Part shown: one piece after another, positions 23,530 through 33,385 of the stretch
Numbering within the stretch: position 1 is the stretch's first letter
Layout: each line of letters opens with the position of its first letter
Assembly: GCF_004010195.1 (NCBI RefSeq)
Contig: NW_025214590.1
Coordinates: 1-33,385, forward strand
Source of the DNA: Chiloscyllium plagiosum
Taxonomy: Eukaryota
DNA: 33,385 nucleotides
Direction of reading: 5' to 3'
Notes under the pieces: generated by a model
The model's input: only the letters and a program-made list of their open reading frames with translations
Told to the model about the DNA's origin: nothing
Databases searched by the model: none
Made by a program: the position numbers and the translations under genes

Positions 23530-24060
23530 CTATTGAGAACTTCAGACATAAGGCCAGAGATGGAGATATTAGATCAGGTGACCAAAAGCATTGCCAAAAA
23601 GCAGGTTTTGAGGGATGCCTTAAAGGTGGAAAGCAGACCTGTGAAGTTCTGTCTGCAAATTCCAGACCATGTTGCTTTATTAACTGTAGAATCAGCCACA
23701 CAGTTGAAGTAATGAATTAACAAATCGTTGGGAGTCTCGAAGAAAATGGGTTAAGACCTCGACAAAGGATGTGTGGTGCAGGGAGCTAGGGATGATAACA
23801 GCCAGGAATCAAATCAAGAATGAGAATTTTAAATTGTTATTGCTTATGAATAGGAGCCTTTTGACTGATGAACATGTTTGGGGAGAAGTGAGCACGTGGG
23901 CGATAGAGTTTTCATTTTTTTTTAGATTACAGCGAGATTGTATTTGGGAGGCTGGATAGGAGTGTGTTTGGATAATTAAGTCTGGAGATAACACACGATG
24001 GATGAGAGTTTCAGTATATGAGCTGAGCTGAGGGTGGAATTAGCTAGAATTAGTGATCTT
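23530..24060 (-). mobile_element. Ancient L2-like LINE remnant
   Basis: Paralog of 17320-17860. Confidence 0.5.
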
Positions 24061-24089
24061 GGAGTGGGACTGGGCTGTCACTGCCACCT

Positions 24090-25940
24090 CACCTCTGGGA
24101 TTCAGCTGGTTGTCAGATTGTGAATCAGGGCGGTACCACAATCGGGAGCTGAGTGGTCCTGGTGGAGCCTAAAGTGAGTGTCGCTCAGCTGGCTGTTGCT
24201 GAGCAGCTGCTGCTTGACAGCCCTGTTGATGACTACTTCCATCACTTTACTGCTGATCGAGTGTGGACTGAGAGATGGAAATTGCCTGGGTTGGATTTGC
24301 CCTGTGTTTTTGTGTTGAACATGCCTGGGCAAGGTTCCACATTGTCGGTCGTAGCCAGTGCTGGAGCGGTACGTGGCTTGGTGGGTGGCAAGTTCTGGAG
24401 CACAAGCTATCAGAATTATTGCCAGAATGTTAGCAGGACCCATAGCCTTTACACTACTTTCCCATTTCTCGATATTGTTCGAACTAAATTGAACTGGCTT
24501 CAAGCTCACATCTGTGACGTTAGGAACCACTGGAGAAGGCTGAGATGGATCATCCCACTTTGCATCTGGCTAAAAATTACTGCAAATGCTGTCATCTTAT
24601 CTTTTGCATGGATGTGTGAAAACCCTCCATCAGTAAAGGTGGGGTTATCTGTGGTGCTTCCTGCAACGAGTTGTTTAATTGTCCATTACCATTCACAACT
24701 GGGTGTGGCTGAACTGCAGAGCTCTGATCTGATCCATTGGTTGTGGATCACTTCGCTCTGTTGCTTGCTGCTTATGCTGTTTGATGTGCAGATAGTCCTG
24801 CTTAGTAGCTTCACGAGGTTGGCACTTCATTTTTAGGTCTGTCTGGTGCTGCTCATGGCATGCCCTCCGTTCCTGTGCATTGTGATGGGTGAGTGCGGGA
24901 TTTACAAACCCATGAGATTGCAGATTGTGCTGGAGTACAGTTCTGCTGTTGTTATCCCACAGTGCCTCAGAGATATCCAGTTTGAGTTTCTACATCGGTT
25001 CCATTTAGCACGGTTATAGTACCACTCAGCACAATGGAGGTTTTTCTCAACTTTAAGGTGAGGCTTTGTCTCCAAAAAGACTGTGGGATGGTCGCTCTTA
25101 CTGATACTGTCATGGACAGATGCATTTGCATATGGTAGATTCATACTGATAAGATCTGGTATGTTTTCCCCTCTTGCTGGTCCTGTTACCGCCTGCTGCA
25201 AACCCAGTTGAGCAGCTATGTCCTTGAGGACCCGACCAGCACAGTTAGTAATCCTGCTGCTGAGCTACTCTTGATAGAGGACATTGAAATCCTGTACCCA
25301 GAGTAGGCTTGTCACCATTTTATTGTCTCAGTGCTTCCTCCAAGTGTTACTCAACATGGAGGAGCACTGATTCATCAGCTGTGGGAGCACGGTACGTGGT
25401 AGTCAGCAGGAGCCATGCGACTTCCTGGTGTCCAAAGTCAATGCTGAGGACTCCCAGGGCAAATGGTTCCTGTGTGTACACTATTGTGCCATCACCTCTG
25501 CCTGGTCTGTCCTGCTGGTGGGACAGGACATATCCAGAAATTTCAGGAGAAAGTGAAGACTGCAAATGCTGGAGATCAGAGTCGAGATTGTGGTACTGGA
25601 AAAGCACAGCAAGTCAGGCTGATGAAGAGCTTAGGCTCGAAACGTCGATTCTCCTGCTCCTCGGATGCTGCCTGACATGTTGTGCTTTTCACACTATCTA
25701 TCTAGGGATGGTGATGGTGTTGTCTGGCCATTATCTGTAAGGGGTTACTCTCTGAGTATGACTATGTCAGGCTGTTCCTTGACTAGTCTGTGAGACAGCT
25801 CGCCACGTTTTGGCACAAAAAAAAAACAGATATCAGTGAGCAGGATGTTGCAGAGTCGAGAGGGCTGATTCTGTGGTTGTATTTCCTAAATCCTTGTTAG
25901 ATGCCAAGTGGTCCACCCAGTTTCATTCCTTTGTTGAGAC
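24090..25940 (-). mobile_element. Non-LTR retrotransposon (CR1/Jockey group), endonuclease to RT, decayed
   Basis: GYVLSHQQDRPGRGDGTIVY, TTYRAP, PARGENIPDLI, DSISKSDH, ACAPELA and SIISKVMEVVIN-like motifs in minus ORFs. Confidence 0.85.
25545..25692. mobile_element. Inverted pair of Neptune-type PLE 3' ends with hammerhead core (25619-25646, +), inserted in a LINE
   Basis: gaaaagcacagcaagtcaggc and gcctgacatgttgtgcttttc are inverted copies. Core is CTGATGA a gagc ttag gctc GAAA cGTC; the helix I 5' strand is lost at the inversion junction. Confidence 0.8.
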
Positions 25941-26129
25941 TTTGCAGTGATTAATACAGTGAGTAGCTTGTTGGGCGACTGTCAGGTTGGCAGGATTTTT
26001 TTCGCCATTGACAATGGTTCCATGGAGATCAGGAAATTCCTCATTCGTTATTTTTTCTTGAATTCAGATTCTACCATCTGCTGAGCTGGGATTCGAACAA
26101 GGACATTAGATTTGTTCACTCATTTTAAA

Positions 26130-26632
26130 TATCACTAACCCTGGTTTTGTTTCTTTGTAAAACACTGTCCATCATCCTGTCTCCTTCATCCTTCCCTCCA
26201 ACAACAAGAGTAAGGAGCACATGGAGTTTCTATGTCACTAAGACTGAGACAATCCGATCAGCTGCCTCTGCTGCTTCCCCCCTTCCCGGTAGACCACCGA
26301 GGCAAACTGCCTCACATGGTGTTCCTCATTTTTGTCCCAAACTTACATCTTTCTCCAGTCTCTTGTCAAGCCTTATCAGAGCTCATCTTGATCTTTTACT
26401 AGTCTCGCTAAACTACAGACATTCCAACTCTGTTTCCTCCTCATCACCACCCTCGCCAATTCACAGGTATTGTTCCTTGTTCTGTCTGCCTGTCTTTTCT
26501 GGTTATCTCCTTCTCATCCATTCTGCAAAAAAATCTAACATTTGACCTCACCATCATTTGTAAATCCTGCTCCATCTCCACTCTCCCTTTCCTTTCTGAA
26601 TTCCTTGTATTTGGTGTCCCTCAAGGATCTAT
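26130..26632 (+). mobile_element. L2-like LINE remnant
   Basis: Pyrimidine-rich; ORF contains FYVTKTETIRS, resembling the L2 ORF2 F..KI..IR motif. Confidence 0.5.
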
Positions 26633-27132
26633 NNNNNNNNNNNNNNNNNNNNNNNNNNNNNNNNNNNNNNNNNNNNNNNNNNNNNNNNNNNNNNNNNNNN
26701 NNNNNNNNNNNNNNNNNNNNNNNNNNNNNNNNNNNNNNNNNNNNNNNNNNNNNNNNNNNNNNNNNNNNNNNNNNNNNNNNNNNNNNNNNNNNNNNNNNNN
26801 NNNNNNNNNNNNNNNNNNNNNNNNNNNNNNNNNNNNNNNNNNNNNNNNNNNNNNNNNNNNNNNNNNNNNNNNNNNNNNNNNNNNNNNNNNNNNNNNNNNN
26901 NNNNNNNNNNNNNNNNNNNNNNNNNNNNNNNNNNNNNNNNNNNNNNNNNNNNNNNNNNNNNNNNNNNNNNNNNNNNNNNNNNNNNNNNNNNNNNNNNNNN
27001 NNNNNNNNNNNNNNNNNNNNNNNNNNNNNNNNNNNNNNNNNNNNNNNNNNNNNNNNNNNNNNNNNNNNNNNNNNNNNNNNNNNNNNNNNNNNNNNNNNNN
27101 NNNNNNNNNNNNNNNNNNNNNNNNNNNNNNNN
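26633..27132. other. Assembly gap (500 N)
   Basis: Run of N. Confidence 1.
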
Positions 27133-28014
27133 TAATGTTCAGTGGCCCCCTCTACTGCCACCCGGGTTTAACTCTCATCATGGAATGCTGTCTTGTATTA
27201 CTGCGGGAATGCCCACAAGGACTAATCCTGGAGTCTGTATCTCCTGGGATCCACAATCACCGTTTATTTCCTTCTTCCTCTCTCATTATGGCTATTGAAC
27301 TCTCGGTTTCAATCCAAACTCCTGGCATGCTCTTCAACATGTCCATGTGGGTGGACGAGAGGCAGCTGGGATTTAATGAAGGGAAGTGGGGATTAGGCGG
27401 AAGCACTGGGAGAGGTGACAGCAAAGACAGTTCTCATTGTAACGGCAGAGTTTCTCCGTGACCCAGTGAGTGGTGAGGCACCTGAGATTGTGGGGGAGAC
27501 AGATTCAATCAGGGATTTGGTAAGACACTCAGACATTGACCTGTCCATCTGATTGTTAACTCAGACAGATAGAAAGAAAGATGCACATTTAGATAGCACC
27601 GGGGCAATGAAACATGCTTCCAACCCAATGATTTCAACCTCAAATCTCTGAAAACACAGACACAAAGCTTTCTTCTTGTGACAGGTTGTCTCTGAGCCTC
27701 CTCTTTTCTTGAGAAAAGCGTTTTGAGCTGTTCAGCCTTTCCTGGTGATTATAACCGCTATGTTCCTGTGAGATTTGTGACTGAACCTTTATTTTCCTCT
27801 TCCTTGTGAGCGATGAAAGTAGCAGAAACAGTTCCTCACCTGTGAGGGGTTTTGGTTAGAGTGTTTATATTTACAAATCCATTCCCACCCTCACATACAG
27901 TGTGAAATTGATGAAAAACTGAAGGGAAGGAGTGAGTGATAACCCACAGAATCATATGTATCTGAGTTGAATGAACCTGGCATGAGGAAAATGTGACAAC
28001 AATCACAACTAGTT

Positions 28015-28190
28015 AGAGTCACAGAATCCTGTGGTGCAGAAAGAGTCTATTCGGCCCATCGAGTCTGCAATGACCTGCTCACCCACCCTACCCCTATAAC
28101 CCCACATTAACCATGGCTAGCCCAACCCACCTAAATTGCACACTGCGGCCATGTTAGCATGGCCAATCCACTAACTCTACACATCTGCGG
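28015..28190 (-). mobile_element. HE1-like SINE / CR1-tail fragment
   Basis: attcggcccatcgagtctgca and ttagcatggccaatccactaactctacacatct resemble antisense shark HE1 (V-SINE) sequence; family name from recall. Confidence 0.6.
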
Positions 28191-29403
28191 GAGGGTCACA
28201 AATTATATCCAAATGCTGGGAATTGTGGATGAAGGCTCGCAAATACTTGACTCTGACACAAATGCTCTGCTTTTCAAAATAAAATCTGGGGGACACTGCA
28301 ACCGGAAACATTTCTGATTATCTCAGGAGGAAGAGAATTCAAAACTCGCGCCATTGACCCAGGGGGTGCAGTGAAAGTTACAGAGATCGGGGAACCATCA
28401 TAAATGTAACAGGTTGTGAGCAAGGTGGGGGTGAGACAAGGACAAAAAGACAGTCTGTCACACGGGGGAAGGCAGGAGAGATTAAACAGCAGAAATGGTC
28501 GTCCCTCAAGGCCACGGGGAATGGAGTTAGAGCTGGGAAAGAAACAAGGTGTGCAGTGCCAAAGAAATATGTTTAAAAAACCAGATTATAAAAGCATAGA
28601 GGGCAGAGTTCAGTCTGCATTTTTTGCTCTCAATGGCGAGTACAAAAAACTGTAAAGCCTGGGGAGTTCTATTACAGCCAACACATACCCAGGATTGGCC
28701 AAGTGTGCTGTAACTTTCTGATAATTTTTTTTCTGACATTTGTAGTTCAAGTCGGATGACGCTATTAAATTTTCAAATTGGACTGGAGTTTAATATTCTG
28801 GAGAAATGTCAAATAAATCACATTGATCACATTCTGCAAATCTTAGTCCATAACCCTGCATGTTCCAGCATTTCAGTTACATCCGTGGGACAGGACATAA
28901 GGGATGGTGACGATAGTGTCTAGTACATTGTAAGCTATGATTCTGTGCGTATGACTGTGTCAGTTTGTTGCTTGACTAGTCTGCATTCCAGCTCACCCAA
29001 CAAGATGTTGGCAGGGTGAGACACTGCAGTTGGAGCTCTTCTGCTCGCCAGTTCCTTTCCTTTCTGCTTTTTTAGAATTTCATTCTCTCTCACTCTCCCC
29101 TTTGCAGACTCTGACACAAGTGTCTCAACCTTGAATCATGACAATTTAAAAAAAATGTCTCTACAAGTAATCCAATGGAGGAAAATATATTATTCTTGCA
29201 TCAACTGCATTTTTAAACAAAAACAATTCGGTTCAATAAACACTATCTAATTTTTTCCTTCAATTCTATCAAACGAGCTATTATATTTTGCCCCTCAGTT
29301 TACCAATCTTAATAAATATCCAATCAATTTCAGAGCAACATGCTGACAAAATATTGAACCAATTTATCTGTTTAGGTTTTAACATTAGTTATTAAGTCAT
29401 TAC

Positions 29404-29472
29404 CATTACAATAATTGCATAATAATTGGTCTGGGTAACAAGTATACTGAGGTTCACAATTTAATTTATTGA
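29404..29472 (-). pseudogene. Candidate coding exon (Cys-rich), phase 1-1
   Basis: Acceptor ttttttaaacag, donor ATG|GTAATG; 69 nt, open: NKLNCEPQYTCYPDQLLCNYCN. Confidence 0.45.
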
Positions 29473-29671
29473 CTGTTTAAAAAACGGTACAATATATCTT
29501 TTTTTTCAGGATTCTAACAGTAATGGTTAAGGCATTTGCATGACAATAATTATACTATGCTTTAGTTTAGTCTCGCTAACAACTACAGTGAAGTTATATT
29601 TGAATTTAATCCAATCTTCCCTAGTACCTATACAGTAATATAAAAATCCATGTTATTTCCAATCAACACAC

Positions 29672-29757
29672 CTACAAAAGAATCCATTGTTTCTGATGCA
29701 ACACGCACTGTTAAAAATATGACTTTTGCTCATTTGAATGATCTGTGTAATCCCAGT
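29672..29757 (-). pseudogene. Candidate coding exon with 1-nt frameshift
   Basis: Acceptor tttttctacatttataag, donor TAG|GTGTGT; 86 nt. Adding one T to a T5 run gives an open phase 1-1 exon WDYTDHSNEQKSYFLTVRVASETMDSFV. Confidence 0.35.
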
Positions 29758-29926
29758 CTTATAAATGTAGAAAAACCTAATTACTTTTCCCTGCAACAGT
29801 TCCTGAGCATCTTTGCAGATAGCACAGTCAAATAGCAAGATGAAATTTATCATTATTCTTAAGTACGCTAATAGAATTTTGATAATCTACATGTTGCTAA
29901 TATATAATAATTGTTCATTTCAGTCC

Positions 29927-31615
29927 ATAGAATATAGAACAGTACAGCACAGTACAGGCCCTTTGGCCATGATGTTGTTCCGACCTTTTATCCTACTCTA
30001 AGATCAGACGAAACAACATGCCCTTCATTTACTATCATCCATGTGCCTATCCAAGAGTCGCTTAGATGTCCCTGATGGATCTGAATCTCCTACCACCACT
30101 GGCAGTGCATTCCACACACCCACCACTATCTATAAAGAAACTATCTCTGACATCTCCCCACAACTTCCCCCATTCACCTTAAAATATGCCACTTTGTGGG
30201 GAAAAGGTTTTCATCATCCACTCTCATCTATGCGTCTCATCATCTTACACAAAGCTATCAAGTAAACTCTCATCCTCTTTAACTGCAATGATCAAAGCCC
30301 CATCTCCCTCAACATTTCTTCTTAAGATATGCCTTCCAGTCCAGGCAACATCTTGACAAATCTCATCCGCTAACCTCTCTAAATCTTCTGCATCCTATGT
30401 ATAATGAGGTGATCAGAACCGAACACAATATTCTAAGTGTAGTCTCACCACGGATCCATAGAGCTGCAGCATAACCACGTGGCTCTTAAACTCAATCTCC
30501 CTGCTAATGAAAGCCAACACACCATACACCGTCTTAATAACCCTATCACCTTGGATGTCAGCTATGAGGGATGTATGGACATGCACCCCACGATCCCTCT
30601 GTTCCTCCACATTGTCAAGAATCCTGCATTTAATCCGAAAATGTGCACTCAAATTTGAAATTCCAAAATGAATAACTTCACATTTTCCCAGGTAGAATTC
30701 CATCTGCCATTTCTCAGCCCAGCTCTGCACCCTGTCAATGTCGTTTAGCAACCTACAAAAGCTCTCCACACTATCCATAACTCCACCAACTCTCGTGTCA
30801 TTGGAAACTTCATAACCCACCCTTCCACTTCCTCATCCAAGTCATTTATAAAAAATCACAAAGAGCAGAGTTCCCAGAACTAATCCCTTCAGAACACCAT
30901 TGGTCACCGTGCTCCAAGCTGAAAACTATCCATGTAATCTCACCCTGTCTTCTATGGGCCAGCCAATTTAGTATCTAACCAGGCAGGTTTCCCTGTATCA
31001 CATACCTCATTACTTTCTAAATGAGCTACCATGGGGAACCTAATCAAACATCTTGCTAAAGTCCAGATACACCACATCCACTACTCTGTCCTCACCAATG
31101 TGTTTGTCACATCCTCAAATAATTCAATAAAGTTTGTGAGGCAAAACCTGCCGCTCACAAAGCCATGCTGACCATCTCTAATCAATCTATGATTTTCTAA
31201 ATAAATATAAATCCTGTCTCTCAGAATCCTCTCCAATAATTTGCCCATAACTGATGTAAGACTGACTCATCGATGATTCCCAGGATTATCTTGATTGCGT
31301 TTCTTGAATAAGGGAAGAACGTTTGCCACCGTCCAATCATCTGGTATGACTCCAGCGGACAGTGAGGATGCAAAGATCATCGCCAAAACACAGTAATCCC
31401 TTCCCTCACTTCCTATAACAACCTAAGTTATATTCTTTCTGGCCCAGGGGACTTATCTATCCCCATGGTTTTTCAACATGATCAGCACATTCTCCATCTT
31501 AATATCGACCTGTTCGACCATATCAGCCTATTTCACATTGTCCTCACAAGGACAAGTTCCCACTCGTGAATACTGAAGCAAAGTACTCACTAAGGACCTC
31601 CCCTACCTCCTCTGA
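29927..31615 (-). mobile_element. CR1 LINE RT and 3' end
   Basis: Tail atagaatatagaacagtacagcacag; ORF 30413-30820 has WAEKWQMEF, KCEVIHFG, EQRDRGV and HLEYCVRF. Confidence 0.9.
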
Positions 31616-31872
31616 CTTCACTATAAGGGGTATAAATGTGGAATTATGTCTCAGCACCGAATTAATGTAAAGATAGTGCAGTGTACAATCATTCGATTAC
31701 TTTGAATATTGAACTGTATTTTAACTGAGAAAACACAGTTAAATTGATTTGATTATATTTCACTTCATGCTAACATTTATTATTATTTCGAACCACAATA
31801 AGAGTTTCTTTTTTACATATATAAAACTTACTTAAAATTAATCGCATGTTTATGTAAAGAAAATAGAATTAC

Positions 31873-32151
31873 CTTGTTCCTTCCTTTTTCAATGCCTGTT
31901 CATTTTGAATTTGTGGAAGTTGTACTTTGTTGAAAGGAAGGGAATTGTCTTCAGCTGAATATTCACATTGAATGTCTGATGCATTTTAGAAATCAAAGTA
32001 TAATGATCACGCAGTTTTGTCAATTTGTCTTTCAAAGAATTATCATGTTTATTTAAGACCACCATTCCTTTCGTCTATTGTTTTGTAAAATATTGTTTAA
32101 TTTCCAGTCCATTACACACAGAAACTGCCGAATTAATTCCCATTCAAATTA
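31873..32151 (-). pseudogene. Candidate decayed coding exon, phase 1-1
   Basis: Branch-like CTAAT plus ttattgcag acceptor, donor AAG|GTAATT; 279 nt with 3 stops in 92 codons and a 61-codon open stretch in AT-rich DNA. Confidence 0.4.
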
Positions 32152-32458
32152 CTGCAATAAACAGCGGATTAGTTATCATTTGAGTAACCACATTAAACAT
32201 AATATTGCAGACCTGCCGTCCTGAGTGGGAACATTATGAAAGCAGCTTGTGGATCTGTGGCAGTGTCTCTATTTCTAGACCCGAGGGAAGGTTTCAAATT
32301 ACACCTTCAACAGAAATATATCAAGAGCTGCTCTGAATGTTGATTCGAGAGTACCCAAGCACAGACTGAATTGCTTTTCAATCCAACATTCGATCTGTTT
32401 TTAACTATTATATCAATAATCACAAAATCTGATACATATTTGTGTCAGGTTACCAAGA

Positions 32459-33385
32459 AATATAGAACATAGAACATAGAACAATACAGCACAGAACAGG
32501 CCCTTCGGCCCACGATGTTGTGCCGAACATTTGTCCTAGCTTAAGCACCCATCCATGTACCTATCCAATTGCCGCTTAAAGGTCACCAAAGATTCTGACT
32601 CTACCACTCCCACAGGCAGGGCATTCCATGCCCCCACCACTTTCTGGGTAAAGAACCCAACCCTGACACTCCCCTATACCTTCCACCCTTCACCTTAAAT
32701 TTATTTCCCCTTGTAACACTCTGTTGTGACTGTTGTGACAGTTTCTGACTGTCTACTCTATCTATTCCTCTGATCATCTTATTAACCTATATCAAGTCAC
32801 CCCTTATCCTTCGCCGATCCAACGAGACAAGGCCTAGCACTCTCAACCTATCCTCGTACAACCTATTCTCCATTCCAGGCAACATCCTGGTAAATCTTCT
32901 CTGCACCCTCTCCAAAGCTTCCACATCTTTCCTAAAGTGAGGCGACCAGAACTGCACACAGTCCTCCAAATGTGGCCTAACCAAAGTCCTCTACAGTTGC
33001 AACAACACTTCACGACTCTTGAATTCAATCCCTCTGCTAAAGAACGCTAATACACCATCGGCCTTCTTACAGGCTCTATCCACCTGAGTGGCAACTTTCA
33101 AAGATCTATGAACATAGACCCCAAGATCCCTCTGTTCCTCCACCTCACTAAGTACCCTACCGTTAACCCTGTATTCTGTATTCTTATTTGTCTTTCCAAA
33201 ATGGACAACCTCACACTTGGCAGGGTTGAACTCCATGTGCCACTCCTCAGCCCAGCTCTGCATCATATCTAAGTCCCTTTGCAGCCGACAACAGCCCTCC
33301 TCACTATCCACAACTCCACCAATCTTCGTATCATCTGCAAATTTACTGACCCACCATTCGACTCCCTCATCCAAGTCATTGATAA
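32459..33385 (-). mobile_element. Relatively young CR1 LINE 3' part, running off the window end
   Basis: (ATAGAAC)n tail; [43 protein letters not shown] and RRIRGDLI. Confidence 0.95.

Larger units (their letters stand above)
21605..25987 (+). repeat. Old tandem segmental duplication, copy 2
   Basis: Colinear with 15330-18860; carries extra blocks at 22395-23357 and about 24965-25835. Confidence 0.92.

Noticed and set aside
24153..24836. 227-aa ORF with hydrophobic C-terminus
   Set aside because: Antisense frame of a decayed LINE RT.
26535..27161. ORFs of about 200 aa
   Set aside because: Artefacts of translating the N gap.
29304..29342. Additional 39-nt phase-1 exon (CCSEIDWIFIKI)
   Set aside because: Would need an intron of about 61 nt and has a weak donor; probably chance.

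Overview
Eukaryotic, non-bacterial DNA; the repeat repertoire (CR1 LINEs with (ATAGAAC)n tails, Penelope-like elements, HE1-like and tRNA-derived SINEs) points by inference to a cartilaginous fish (shark). Most of the window is decayed retroelements and no intact protein-coding gene is present; nearly all long ORFs are retroelement fragments or their antisense shadows. There is a 500-N gap at 26633-27132. Main points of interest: (1) seven minimal hammerhead-ribozyme cores, in states from largely intact to decayed, in Penelope-like termini, with covarying helix II; (2) three paralogous CpG-rich promoter/first-exon cassettes (about 6.2-7.1 kb on minus; 15.3 and 21.6 kb on plus), the last two heading an old tandem segmental duplication; (3) minus-strand, phase-1 candidate pseudo-exons of an unrecognised protein (31873-32151, 29672-29757, 29404-29472, plus 23078-23248); (4) a Penelope element with a twin-priming-type inversion next to a cluster of templated inverted duplications. 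Repeat boundaries and family names were assigned by eye and are approximate.
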